A DNA stretch of 64,000 nucleotides from positions 288,001-352,000 of the forward strand of contig CBDBMG010000001.1 in assembly GCA_965207375.1 (NCBI GenBank), in the 5' to 3' direction. A model generated the notes under the pieces. That model was given only the letters and a program-made list of their open reading frames with translations. It did not search any database and was not told the DNA's origin. The position numbers and the translations under genes are program-made. Positions 1 through 14,254 of this stretch are shown piece after piece (position 1 is the first letter of the stretch; the number at the start of each line of letters is the position of its first letter). The DNA is from Nitrosopumilaceae archaeon. Lineage in GTDB: Archaea; Thermoproteota; Nitrososphaeria; Nitrososphaerales; Nitrosopumilaceae.

Positions 1-1398
1 TTTTGCGACAACGCACGACGAACCATCTGCCCCGCCCCTTTCCGCTCGTTAATTAGAGAATTAGTACCTTCATTTAATGTAGAATCAGTAACCCAAAGTT
101 CATCGAAATCGGACCAGCCAGTCTTCTGATACAGCCTTATAAAGTCCTCCTTCCAGTAAAAAAATTTTTACGCGGCCGTCGTTTTCTTTTTCTTTCTTTC
201 ATTTTCATCGCACACTTTTCGTGGGCTTGCGTGACCCCCGGCGTGAATCCCGGAATTTATATTTAAAACACTCATTTAGTACATACACTTGTTTGTCTAA
301 TAACTCACTCATTTATGCATGGATTTCAACCAAATTTGTATCAACACTTCTCCTATGTATGCTCTACCAGACAAACAACTTTCAGCATTAAGCAAATACC
401 TCAATGTATTTGAGAGATACTTTTACATTGTATGTTGATAGTTTCCATAACTCGGACCCCCTCTAAATCATTTGAATGAAATTTCAGATACACAAGCTAT
501 ATTGATATATGAATCTTCAGGATAAGTTTAAAGAAATTATGACACTTCAGTTTATCAAAATTAGCCTTTAACGATTTCATTCATGTTAATGTGCCATGAT
601 AATTATACCAAACAACAAGAGGTGAACAGTGGCCACACATTATAAATAGGAGACCACTGTCACTATTAGCATACACAATATTTTGCACTATAATATTAAT
701 TGTCTTCTCCTGTAGATCAATCAACAGTAGAGGATGGCAATGATGTAGCCTTCATTGAAGTTCTCAACTGTTCTCCACCTACATAGCTAACAATTATATT
801 ATAATAACACATACTTTATAATGTTCATTAGTTATTTGGGGGAATACAAGGGAAATACCCAAAATATTAACTTCCTCCTCTCCCCTTTAAAATTTTATTA
901 CTCTGCATACTTTATATAAGGTTTCTTGTCAGGACTTATTTATAGTATATAATCTGTTTTTGAATATTTACAAAAAGCAGTGATATGCTAAACAAAAACA
1001 GCCTGGCTGTAAAAAAAGTGCGAGGCCAATCAGAAGCCACAAATATAAGCGACCAAAAACTCTGATATCAAGTAAGGCCAAGAAATTGAACATTTTATTA
1101 AGAATCTTTTTACTTGAATGACATACAATAGTTTACAGGGCATTTTCACAACTATGATTGGCTTTGTCACTTGGCCACCTTTTTGCACTATCATCTTTTA
1201 TAAGGTGGCCAAGTGACAAAGCCAATCATAGTTGTGAAAATGCCCTGTAAACTATTGTATGTCATTCAAGTAAAAAGATTCTTAATAAAATGTTCAATTT
1301 CTTGGCCTTACTTGATATCAGAGTTTTTGGTCGCTTATATTTGTGGCTTCTGATTGGCCTCGCACTTTTTTTACAGCCAGGCTGTTTTTGTTTAGCAT
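1..1398 (+). mobile_element. Palindrome-ended non-coding element, family A (5' part runs off the window)
   Basis: Body 1-984 matches the reverse complement of ~51497-52480. Arms 985-1181 and 1202-1398 (~197 bp) form a perfect inverted repeat around a 20-nt loop TTTGCACTATCATCTTTTAT. Confidence 0.85.
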
Positions 1399-2351
1399 TA
1401 CCAGTTACCTGAATCCTTTATGAACTGCTTGTAAACTCCATTGCCAACGCTAACTGGTACTTTATGGTAATGAGAAGAGACAACTATTCTTTATCTATTT
1501 AATACTTAATTGAGGCAAACAAGGCTTATTTTATCATAAGGAGAGCCTGGAGAGGAAGTTCTGGCTGCTTACTCTGATATGTAGGTTGGTTGATGTTTTC
1601 CATTGTTTCAGCATTTGTTATGTTTAAACCCAGGACTTACCTGGTTTCTTACATATACTCGAGCTCGTTTATAACATGAAATATGCATAATTTATACTGT
1701 GCTGTAATCACTTTTATATCCTTATAATTAGCATAGCTAGCTACTGCTTATGTGCATCTCCTTAATGGCATGTGACAATTAGAATTGTTTACTGGTTCTC
1801 ACCTATCTAGGGATTATTTTTCAATATCTATAGCTATTGTTATTATTTACAAGCAGAAGTGTAGGAAGATGTTCAGAACTAAGGGTGCTATAGCAGATCT
1901 AGTGATGCTATAATGGTACGTGTCTTCCACAACAAAAATACACTGTAGTTTTAAGGGGTGTTAAGTGTTAACACGATCACAAACTGTTGTGAAATAAACT
2001 TCACTGCTTCCATGTAGAGAGATTTGACCTATAGAGACACGCACAGTGTTAACAATAGCTGTGTTAAGACAGACGGTCATGTGTCAGCGGCCAAGAAAGA
2101 CACACAGGCACACAAGTATGTTATTTACATGACCGGTAAAATAGCCGATTTCAGCCTCTCATAACTCAAAAGCTATTGGGCTGATGGGTGATTTCCACTA
2201 AATTTACATATTTTATACCTTAATATAGCTACCGTACCTTATCAAGTGCACCTCTATTAGGCTATAAACTATCCATGCATGAGTCGGCCCACCCCACAAT
2301 GATATACCATCTGACCATCTGTCTACTTATACTATTTTGTTAATTTTGCAG

Positions 2352-2495
2352 GTGAAGAGATTTGCTCAGTTACCAGTGTTAGTGGAAAGGTTAACCATAA
2401 CCAAACAAGAGAAAGGACAAAATTCAGGTTTTCATCTGATGGTAATCTAGGAGTCACATACCAATGCAAACTTGATGATGGCAAGTTTAAAGATT
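2352..2495 (+). CDS. Penultimate exon of gene 1, first half of a basic Ig-like C-terminal domain (EEICSVTSVSGKVNHNQTRERTKFRFSSDGNLGVTYQCKLDDGKFKD)
   Basis: ttgcAG acceptor, GTGAGT donor, open frame, phase 1/1; paralogous exon at 47307-47453. Confidence 0.8.
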
Positions 2496-2739
2496 GTGAG
2501 TTTATAGCTAATATAAATTCTTATAGAACTTAGAATCTGTGACATTCAATTTGTATGATAGCTTTGTTACAGTACAAGAATTTTTAGACTATAGCTAGCT
2601 AGATCAAATGCTGTATGCATGGAATTCATTGCTGTTACCGCTATAAGTGTGTAAGCATCTCATCATTACTGATTTTATAGCTAATCACTTTAGCAAATAC
2701 ATAGGGCAGCAAAAAGGCGGCACCCCAAAAACAAGTTAA

Positions 2740-3290
2740 TGTTTTACCATCTAAAAACCAGGCACTGTGTAAGTTAAACCACAATCAACTGCTACTCAAT
2801 GTACGTATTGTAACAGTACTTAATGATGTCATCAGTAAGTCATATGAGGAAAGACTCATCACTAAGGAACACGTAGCAACGCATACAAATTTAATTCTTC
2901 CGGTTTATACGCCAGTACTTTAGTGATAAAACTTTTTAAAAGTAACATAAAGTTGTACTGTAACACTATAGACCAATCTTCTTTTATAAGCTTCACAACC
3001 CGCACAGCACACCCACTTTTAAAACTAAAGCACTCCGTCTTGTTAGTAATGTACAACTGGTTAAATGGCTTTCACTGTAAAATGAACAGCAAATACAGCA
3101 TTACCTTACTCTCCTTTGGCAGTAACTTACGACGCGCTTCGTTACTTAGACCCCACCCATCAATAGTATTGATTGCAAGTGCCATACAAAGAAACTGAAA
3201 GGCAGTAGCTAAGACTAGTTTAATTGCTTATTCAGATTTCATTTCACGCAAATAATTTTTAATAGCCCAGGCAGCGGACACACAAACAAT
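2740..3290 (+). repeat. Interspersed repeat, second copy at ~45790-46290
   Basis: Colinear similarity from TTTTACCATCTAAAAACCAGGC onward in both places. Confidence 0.7.
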
Positions 3291-3705
3291 CAAAATTAAT
3301 AAAGCAGTTATTTATCCTTATAGAGCAGTTAATAGCACATTATTCCAAGCAAAAATTATACCCAAGCAGCTCCCCAAAGTTTTCTTTGGTTTCACCACCT
3401 CTAAACACAAACTGTTCATGGCAATTAACTAGGGACCCAGACCACATAGCAATATACTATAGCTATAAATTTTCTTTACAACAGGGGATCTGTTCCTCAT
3501 CAGGACCCCATTAAAATTGCTTATCATTCTAAGCATCCTATCTAAAGTTTCCTTGATTTTGTAGAAACACCATTATTTAAAATGCATGAATGTTTATGTA
3601 GTTACTTTATTATATACATAGCTAACTATATAACTCTGTAATATAACTATAATATAATGTAGCTAGTTATAATAGCTATATAGTTACATAATATTGTATA
3701 TTTAG

Positions 3706-3836
3706 GTAAAAGTCCTAAGGTTTGGAGAAAATTGAAGAGAGGAAGACATACTATTGCTGTAAGAGCCTTTTGCATTGATGATGAAGGGAAAAGATTTTCC
3801 ACTGTGAGAAGAAATTTCAAACTTCGAGTTCGTTAA
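3706..3836 (+). CDS. Terminal exon of gene 1 (CKSPKVWRKLKRGRHTIAVRAFCIDDEGKRFSTVRRNFKLRVR*)
   Basis: tttAG acceptor; splices in frame to 2495 (T+GT=Cys); TAA at 3834-3836; paralogue at 48113-48243. Confidence 0.8.
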
Positions 3837-5034
3837 TCAGTGTGACTTCATCCCTCTTCATGCTTGCATTTGACTATAGTAGTTTATATTTCTTTGTTAG
3901 GTTTCTGCACTGAAATTAGATTTAGAATTAACTGCTACTCTTATTGTGCATTTAACTTTTAGCTTCGTAATTATGCCAACCATATGAAATCTGTATGCTA
4001 GCTTAAGTCGAAGACACTTACTTTCAGTTTGATTGTCAGCTTTAGTCAATAACTTCACATCTGGATCAGAGGTTAACACTAAGTCCACCATTCTACACTG
4101 TACCTATGCATGAATTTATAGCTACTTAAAACCCCTTAGTGCATCAACTCTGTTGCAAATAAGGACTTGTTATAGTTGAATCTCACACTTGCTATAGCAA
4201 ACACACCAGCATGGATGGTAGTTTGAGACTAAAGCAGCACGATTACGCCAATTAAGGAGGCTCCTTTGTCCCCTTAGTACCCAAATATTAGCTAGTTAAT
4301 AAGCATAATTTTGGGCATAATAGACATTGAGGCATAATAGGCAAATTTTCTGGCACATTGTAGCAAATGATAGTAAATTTATGAAGATCAGCAAAAGAAC
4401 ACCAACCCTACAGGATTACATAGAGGCGGTTTATTAGTGCCATAAAATATTTGAAATATTAGACATGTTGATTACTGATACAGGGGGTAATCTACCCCTG
4501 TATCAGTAAATTACTGCTCTGCAGCCTCCTCAAGGCATTGGGGGGCAAACTTTAGACAATACTGTTCACATACATAGCTACATAAATTAACATAGACATA
4601 TAGCTAGAATATATTCCCAACTGTTGTAGCTATAGACTAGGTCACTTCTGTGTTGTATAGATTGGGGGGTAATCACTTCTCATGCCCCCTCAGTTTCCCC
4701 TGTGATATAGCTAACTATCAAATGGTGGTAGGGATGTCCCAATTAGGCCAGCTGTAACAAATGTCACTATATATTATTATATATTACTAAGAGTTTCCCT
4801 AACCCTAACCATTATAAACTCTTGATGTTAATATGGTTATAGCTAATCTGTTTAGCTATATATATATAAGATGGTTACTAAAACACATTAGCTATAGGTA
4901 GCTACAATAGTTAAAGTAGCTAGCTATATGTGTATAATATAAACCTTTGCATTACACAAGTGCTGTTTCTGTACTTTACACACACCCCATGCATAGCTTC
5001 TCTTCAGTACCCAGTCCCCTACTTCTCATGACAG

Positions 5035-5100
<66 letters not shown>

Positions 5101-7144
5101 TATGTATGTATATATATGCTACTGTGTTAACATTTTAGTCAGTAAGTTATGTGCATAGCTACATAGCTAGCCAATATAGGTGTGGCATGTACAGAAACAA
5201 AAACTAATGTAAGCTAGTAATACGTAGAATGTAAGTAGCTATATAGTAATTTCTAAATTGTATTATTCGTATATATGTGGATAAATCCATACCACATCAC
5301 ATGATGATATGGTTTTTATGGTGCCATAGAAATGACACCTATAGCTATATATACCTAAGAGAAAGAGTCAGGGCCTTAGCTACCTACTCCTATAATCAGT
5401 CATATAGGAGAATGTGACCTTATTAGTTAATACTACATTATCCTATGACTAGGTAGGTAGCTACAGGGACCAGTCTATTCTTTTTAGTATGCTACTAGAG
5501 TATAGAGTATACTCTATTAGAGTATATTGATCTTTTGATCTTTATGCTTGATGCTCTTAATTACCTATTATATAATCAGCTGGTGGCCAACTTAGATATA
5601 TAAGAGTGCATTCCTAATATGGGTGGCTAGCCACGTACCCTATCTGCCCCTGAACCATTAAAGATTAGTCAGTATGGAGTGTAGCTATGACTGCCATGTA
5701 TCAAAAACTCAAAATGTCAGAATTATATATAGCTAGATATTACCATATATGTACATAGCTAGACGTATAGATAGAGACTAAATCGACAGTAGGGCATTAT
5801 TACAAGTAAATATATTTACTGCATGAAAATTTGGCCTTGTTTATGACACAGAAGATCGATATATTCTAATAGAACAGTCAAACAATCAGTTGCAGTGTGA
5901 TAATCTAATAGCTAGACATTGAAGTAAACAAGAAGTGATTATTCTAGGATTACAGATTTGGAGGGATTAAGGATTTTTGGGGGTAAAGATGTGGTAAACC
6001 GATGATCAAAAAAACAAGGTACTTTACTCTTAAATATCACCACCTAGAAAGAAAGTGATTCTGAACTACACAATTGTTTCCCTGAATCACTCATAATTTT
6101 AGGGGATACTATGATTTTGGGGATTCCCCCTAACAGCTCTGAAATAAACACTGGTTTATGAGCATATTATAGGCACTGCAGGCAGCCATACAGATTGTAG
6201 CTAATATACATATGTAGGAGAAATGCTGGTGTAAACTCAATTAAAGAATGAGTGAGTTATTAGACTATCAAGTGTGATACACAAAATATTTCAGGTGCTT
6301 GTAAAGGGTTGTGATGAAAATTAAGAAAGAAAGTAGATTAATAACTTTGGTGTAAACACACATAGCTACCATGTGACGTGGCTATTTGGGATTTTTCAAA
6401 ATTTTCGGTCAATCCCTATCATGAACTACCACCATGATTTATGATAAATCAATCAATCAATCATTAACTAATTATAATATTATCACACTTGGCAATTTTG
6501 AGTTGCCCCACTTATTGAATTGTGATATTTATCTGCTGCTGCATGCTGCTACTAACTGCATTGATCTTTGAGGATAGACTGTTTTACTGCAGCTAAACAA
6601 TGCCAACATCAAAATAGTGACCCACAATCACAGCCAGTATGATCCATTACTATAAAAAGATTCTACCCATCTGCATTCCTCATCAGGCCAACAACTGTGA
6701 ACTCTGCCATTTCTCCATCGATCAATTCCAGGGGAAAGCTATGTCCTCTGGTATCAGCAAGTTTATTTTTATAAACTGTAGTTCAACACGAGTGCATGAT
6801 AAACACCAAATCACATGAAATCTATTGTGTAGCTAGATGGTAGCTAATTATAATGTAATCAGCTGTGAAACCAGAATCCAGTGGAGTTTATGGACTCTCT
6901 GGTGTCCTAATCCTAATGCATGAGCCTTCCTAGTAGCTATGTAGTTTAATATGCTCTAATAACTATGCCTAGTATCTTACACCTACATACCTCGTCTCCT
7001 ATGCCTACCTAGCTAGTCCTTTGGCATAAGTTAACCTATAAACTTCGATAGATAACAGATAGAAATTGTCATGCCAAAATCTTATTCCTTGCATTGTTTC
7101 CTTAGCACCGAGAGATCGATAGCTATATGCAATGCAATGCATGC

Positions 7145-7324
<180 letters not shown>

Positions 7325-7659
7325 GTATCCATAGCCCTGACTCTATGTGCTTGTGTAACCAGCTTGGCTGCAAAAGGCAAGCACTTTCAAAATGCTGTAT
7401 ATAGCTACACGTATATACATGTGTGCCCAAATAGCTATAGAGCCCAAAGTGACTACATAAATGTGTTCATGTATAGCCACTCAACTTGATTATTCTAACT
7501 GTAGTGATTATGTGTCTAAACATTTAATTACCCTCCAACCAGAAATTGCTTTGGAGATGGGTGAATGACAGAAAACACTCACCAATTCCTACTGTCAGCA
7601 AGGTGACTTCCTTTTGACAACCTTACGATCATCTGTTCCCCAATGTAGGTATGGATTAT

Positions 7660-7829
7660 CAGTGCTAGAAATAACAGTCGGCTATTGGCCATTTTCCGAC
7701 CAATTTTAACATTTGTTTGGTCGGCCAAATTTACTATACATTTTCAATGGCATGGCAATTGATAACTTACAAAAATGTCATATTTTCAAAAAATGACTGA
7801 CCAATTTCTGACCCTTATTTCTACCGCTG
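7660..7829. mobile_element. Small MITE (CAGTGCTAGAAATAA...TTATTTCTACCGCTG)
   Basis: Imperfect ~15-bp TIR; GATTAT on both flanks. Confidence 0.55.
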
Positions 7830-7999
7830 GATTATTCACCACCTACAAAACATCACTAAACTAAGCCATGATTTAAGTTGTTGATGCATCGTTTGATAAA
7901 CCTGCTGTTCAACTTTGTTCTATTGCGGTATAGCAGCGTGTTTTGGGATCTTCACGTGGCAATGATATCCTTGATTGACTTACTGTTCATTGTTCAATC

Positions 8000-8332
8000 T
8001 AGGGATGCCATGCACGATATAAAATTTTTTGTGTCATATGTCATGGAGAATTATGTCACATGTCACGACATAAACTATAATGGTTTCACAACACTTTTTA
8101 TGCATGCAATTAACATTAATGTTAAACATTTTTTCAAAAATATTGATATTGACATCAACAATACATAACAACAATAACATTAACAACAATTTTGTTTATA
8201 ATTTTTATTTTTTCTCCCGTTATATTACATCATAATCAATAAAAAGTGTGTCACGACATAAAGCAACCTATATCATATCATGGAATTTTATTTCACGACA
8301 TGTCGTATGTCACGACTATCGTGGCATTCCTA
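8000..8332. mobile_element. hAT-type MITE
   Basis: TIR TAGGGATGCCA / TGGCATTCCTA; 8-bp TSD GTTCAATC (7992-7999, 8333-8340). Confidence 0.85.
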
Positions 8333-9527
8333 GTTCAATCTGTGTTAGTTATGGAGATAGGCTTCCTGGATGCGATCACAGTGCTGTAAATGGGTATCAG
8401 GCTTCTCCCACCCAAAATTTATCACTTACTTTTTAACGATTTTGATACAATTTGATTTAGCTGCTATTCCGCGAAGTGTAATGATATTGACTCTTGCAAT
8501 TGGGAGGAATCTCTTCCTAACTGCTGCAACTAATCCTTTGGAGTGAAGCTTTAAGTGCAAATAAACAGCTGCCAGGAGCACTAGGTGATATCTAACAAAA
8601 GCCAGCAGGAGATTTTCAGCCAGAGTAACTCAGTATCTGAAATCTCAAGGTCACAATGATGTACACATGATAGAGAATCTCTTATTGTAATCAAACACTA
8701 CCTTCATGATGGGAACAATCTCTACTATATGATATCCAGCAGGAAATCTCAGTCAGAACTAGTCAGTTATTGCAGTAACATCAAGTATGATCAAGGCTTT
8801 AATGTCAACAACTTTAATTTATTTATTACACTGCAATTATTTAAATACACACATTCTGTGGACTAGAATTGCAACTAACTGAAGCCAGGATAGAAGGATC
8901 AATGGTTGATACTGCAGAACTATCCAGAACACTTTAATGGAGTGGCTGGGTAAATCATGGTTGCAAGTGGTCCTGCACTCACAAAACCTTCGACAATTTT
9001 CGAAGCTTTTAGGCTGAATTTCAAACTAAATTTCAACTGAAAAATGACTTTTCAAATTTACAATAACCAAAATATCCGGGTACTATCGGAATGTACAGCA
9101 AATTTCGTTAAAATTTCAAAGTTTCCAAAGACATTTCAGGACCCCTGAATGGTTGATGGCTTGATATTGCTCTATGGAGTAGCTGATCAAACAAACAAGC
9201 TGTCAAAATCTTCTCTAACACAGAAAATGATAATTACAAAATATCACCTACTTCATCAACCCCTGTACGTGGATTGATGATCACTATTCCAACTCCAATA
9301 TCGCGTGATCACTTCTGCCTAAAGGATCGCCAAAACAAATATTATGTTTCCCCACTAGCAAGTATACAATATCAAATTTTTCTGACCATCCAAAACTCAA
9401 ATCTGACCATCTAGATCTATTGCAGCTTTATGAGACGTGTTATCCAAGATCACGTGACCATGGCTCGCGTGATATTTGAGAGGTGAATCTTGGTGGTGGC
9501 ATGTTTATTTCAGTTTAATGTACGAGA

Positions 9528-9615
9528 ATGAAATTATTTGTGCAATTTGTGCTTTTGACGTTACTGTCATGTAATGACCCATGCTGCAACGAGAGAACCT
9601 TCATTCCAGGATGCG
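9528..9615 (+). CDS. Probable first (signal-peptide) exon of gene 2: MKLFVQFVLLTLLSCNDPCCNERTFIPGC
   Basis: ATG, hydrophobic core, G|GTACGT phase-1 donor that joins 15283 in frame (G+AT=Asp); CpG-richer sequence upstream. Confidence 0.65.
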
Positions 9616-9775
9616 GTACGTTGTTCTGCATTCAGATAGTTGTACGCTATAAAGCCAGGCAAACTTGATTAAGCTTACTTGTTTCTCATTACCGCCCGAA
9701 TGATTCTAATTACCGCCTTAAAATTTCAGTATGCTTATAAATATTATTTATTCAAATTTTAAAATGTCTAACTCT

Positions 9776-10508
9776 CACCCCATTGTAAAAATTAATGTTG
9801 ATGAGAAAGCAAGTATCAAATTTGTATAGCGGTACTAACTCATAACTTTCTTAGCATTTTATGCACTGGTGTCACCGTCTTCAACTGTTAAATAAGTATC
9901 AGTCCAACCAGCTCATTCTGCATGGTAATATAACAAAATAGCTATGCATATGTGGTTGTGTAATGGTAAGCTGGTGAGGTGGTATACAAAATGTGTTGGC
10001 AAAATTAATTTTGTTAATCAAGTGCTATGAAGTGAAAACTATCAGGTGACTATTTGCAATAATTTTCACAGAACCAGCCCCTTATTCATGAAACTATTTT
10101 TAAGAGCTGCCTTTTCTAATAGCTATGATCAGAATCACACAAAAATCATTACACCTCTCACAATGAAGACCACTGAATAACTTGTCACCAAGGTAAACAG
10201 TTTAGGGCATAAGCCCTGTCTTTAGATGTCTCTGCATGTGCATTTTTATCAAAACCGCAAAATTTAATTATGACTTGCTATCAAGATGGGAATCATTTTA
10301 ACTGAGAAGTAAGATATGTAACTAGTAATACCAGATAGCTTTTAACAGCCACAGTTAGAAATTCATTTTTGTGCATCGGTAATCCAAAATTTTCATTCAT
10401 AATATGTACAAAATTTCTGTAAAACCTTCAAGTAGGAGATTTTGCATTTGAACCAGGTATATACTTTACAAGGGCACAATGTTTAATGGTTAATTTTTAC
10501 AATGGGTG
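9776..10508. mobile_element. TIR element (CACCC(C)ATTGTAAAAATTAA ... TTAATTTTTACAATGGGTG)
   Basis: ~19-bp terminal inverted repeat; no TSD seen. Confidence 0.55.
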
Positions 10509-11600
10509 CCAAGTTTGCAGAAATAGTCTTCTGTGCTTATGTACTTAGTCAGGCTATAATCTCCTATGCTAGTTATTGATGTGACAAGGCAAAAATGCAG
10601 ACAGAAGGACAGATAGCTTTTCAGCTTTATATTATCATATAATATTGACATCCTTGAGGGGAAAGATCACATGATTAGCAAAATATATAACATGGCCTTT
10701 TAATGTGATTAAAGGTAGTCTGCAATGGAAAAATGACTTGGGCATATATTTTAGCTTAGTGTTAGTAACGAAGATTGGCATGTGTGATTTGGTGATATTC
10801 TGCTAGGTTTAGCTACTACAGGGGTTTTAGCACATTCTGGTTTCTTACATCACACGACATCACGTCGGGAATAAGAACACACGTGTTTGTATGGAATGTA
10901 TGGAAATTTCGTCTTCTTGGATTATTGGCTAACAAAGAAGCTTATTGGAGCACCTTTGTATTTCTAGCAGTAATATACACGTGTGGACATTGATTACGTC
11001 TGTTGTAACAGAGGTTTATTCTTAAAACGAGAATTGTGAAAGGTGGACATGTACAAGTGGGATTGACAACTAGCAATCCATGACTAGTTTTGTTGAGATT
11101 TGTTCACTGCATGTCTGTTGTTCCAGTTGCTATGTATTGTCGGATAGAATGATACTTTAATCAGCCTCAGTTGGCTTTAGCATTTCGATTAGCACAACTA
11201 CACCTGGAATTTTCATGTTGCACAGTGGTGGCAGTGGATCCAATCTTCCTTATCGTTGCAAGATTATTATCACACATGGTAAGGACATATACTAAGCAGT
11301 TCATCTAAAAGTAGATTAGCTCTTCATTTTGAAAATCCCATATTCACCACCTCTCACACCACCTTCATCATTGTCATATGACTGGCAATGCATTGATTTG
11401 CTCTCTGTCACAAACTTGCTAGGAGAGAAGTATGACGATCACAAATCAGACTTTCTTGTATCTCCCTATGCCTTCTGCCAATACAATGTGTACAATAAAA
11501 CTTTTTCCAGAGCCCAATCTGACATCACGTATACTTGCGGAAGTGAAATTTTGTAACATTGCAGCTTAATATCTCAATAATCATTATTTGATTATAAAAA

Positions 11601-12169
11601 TATGTGACTGTCTCTGTAAAAACCAGCCTAGTTCGCACTAAAATTTAAATTCATTTTTTGGCCCAGCTTATAGCTATACTCAATAGCTAGCCTAACACCA
11701 TGTCTTCTATGGCCAGACTCAAGTGGTTTGCTTTTCTGAGGGGAGGATTTAAAGCCTTGTAAAACCATGACTGACACATTGGCACCTGTGGAGCACACCA
11801 ATTAGGTATTACTGGCCTGGAATTCTACCCTTGACCGGAATGATGTCCCTTCGGCCTGGTTATATGGTCAGGACCATCTGTGGGCAACTAGTCACCTTGT
11901 GTCTTCACCTGGGGAGGTTTTTCCTCCTCCCTCCTACCCACCCCCTCGTAATACTGGGCTAAAATTGATGCACACCTTCGAAAAAATCGTCTGAAAAGGT
12001 CTAAAATCAAGCAAGGAATAACTTCAAAGGTACTAAGTCCAGTTCTGTTAAACAAAAGCTGCCTAGTACGAGCAAAAGCTGGTAATTTCAATTTAAAATC
12101 TTTAAACAAGTGTTTCTCTAATTACTACCAGGTGCAAACAAGGCCGGTTTTTGCAGAGACGGTCACATA
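11601..12169. mobile_element. Non-autonomous TIR element (TATGTGACTGTCTCTG...CAGAGACGGTCACATA)
   Basis: ~38-bp imperfect TIR; related copy at ~17661-18285. Confidence 0.75.
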
Positions 12170-13051
12170 TTGTTTTGTGCATTGCATGATTAAATCAAGT
12201 AATAGAAAGCACATGTGATTTTCCATTGCAGTCTATATACCTGTAAAAGGCTAAAATTTAGATTTTATGTAATTAACAAAACACTCAACATTCTATTGTC
12301 TGTATTCGCTAGACTGTAGTTAATGAAATAAAAACCTTGTCGTACAATCATACCTGCTCTTTGCCAAATAGCGTAATTTACAAGTTTAGGACATGAAATT
12401 GTGATACAAAATTTGGCCATCCTATTCAAAACACAACATTATTCTAATCTTTGAATCCAGTCCAGGACTTTGTGAAGGCTGTGCTCTATGTGTAAAATCT
12501 TTTGCTTACCTTTAGCCACAACCTGACGCATGCATATAACAGGGGTATACATAATAGTTGTAACATAGGCACTTGTGCTTTGCCTGATATATCTGCACTC
12601 GCCCTCGGGCTTATCAGCCAAATCACGAGTGTCTGTGTTCCAACTAATATGTTATACTTCCAGTAATGCTGCTGTATTTATATCATTGACGTATTCACCT
12701 TGATTATGGGTCATGATATTTGTTGCCAAACACATGAAGTTATATTAATGTATTACCAAGCCTGGAATATTGCAAAAACAATTCCAATGCCCGGGTGAAT
12801 GTAGAATAAAGGACGTAGATTAGTTAAAGTATAATAATGTATTTCACGATATACATTTGAATTACACAAACTGCTCATCTGGAATGGCCTCCTGGTTGTA
12901 TATAGCAGCATGGCAACAAAGAAACATTACTAGCAATGTTGTTTTGCTATTAACTGACTTAAATAACAATAACTCACCAAAACGATAGTTTCATGTGCCC
13001 TACTCGGACACACGAGACTACCAACCTAACAACGTCAAAATTAAACCTTTA

Positions 13052-14051
13052 TCATTAAGTACGGTAGTATTTAATAGTAGGGATTGGTGGGAAATCGTAT
13101 GGCTTCTGGAAAATTTTGTGCTTTAAAAATCTTGCAATAGGCTTTACCCGAAAAAAACAGCTGGAATGTATTGATAAGGCTGTAATGATGCTGTACCTCA
13201 GTTAAACGAAGCGACAAGTCGAATATTTCGACCTACAGCCAACTTTGAAAATTTCGAAAGTCACCTGTATTTTGTCTGCCAGCCTGCCGTAAGACCCGGT
13301 TGCGCTAGGTGTAGGGCTCCAGAAGTTTCACACAATAAAGATAATGGCAGCGAATTTACGAAAATATTGTTCTGAAGACGATTTACCCACTACACCATGG
13401 CAATTCCTTTTATCCTTCATTCCCTTCCTTGTTCTTCTATATTCCTTTAGCAAGGTGCAAATCTCACCGAAGGTGATGTTAGCCTGTTACGGCTTCTGCT
13501 TATTATGTCACACAAAAGCCTGGCTTGCACTGATTACAGTGTGTACTTTATATTGTGAACTTCGAGATTATAGCCTTGAACAAATAGCTTTTATGTTTTT
13601 CGAGCGTTATTTGCTATCACACAGCTGCTTTGTCATGTAAGCGCATTGTTAACAAGCACCTGTAAACAAGCATAATTATTATGCCTGCTGAAAGATTATT
13701 ATGAATGCTTAGCATGTATAAAAAGCAAACAAACTAGAATGATAAAAATTAAAAATTTAAAAGGTAAGTAGGGATTGAATTCAATAGTGCTACAAAAAGT
13801 AAGGAAGCAAGGAATAAGATTTTGGGACGAGAGAACATTCTGGCATGAGATAATTTATAAAAGTTTAATCCCTACTTTTGGCAAACCTATACTGAAGTGA
13901 GCCAAAAGTAGGGATTAAACTTTTATAAATTATCTCATGCCAGAATGTTCTCTCATCCCAAAATCTTATTCCTTGTTTCCTTACTTTTTGTAGCACTATA
14001 ATTGAATTCAATCCCTACTTACCTTTTAAATTTATAATTTTTTATCATTCT
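13052..14051 (+). mobile_element. Helitron-like non-autonomous element with giant 3' palindrome, family B copy 1
   Basis: Starts A|TCATTAAGTACGGTAGT; body matches 14255-14900; palindrome 13734-14051 with loop 13883-13900; final AG of CTAG missing. Confidence 0.85.
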
Positions 14052-14254
14052 TTTTATAAAGGTTTGGTGAAATCTTTCAAATGGTATAGTCGTTAGAATG
14101 TAAAAGGAGTTGTACACTTGGTCATACAACTAACTTTTCCATTCCACATGTCAACAAACTGTGCAACATCACATTTGTAGCACTGCATAAGTACATAATT
14201 GCTTGAAGGGACCTGTACAACTAGGAATTTGTTCAGGAATCCATTTTAGTTTGT

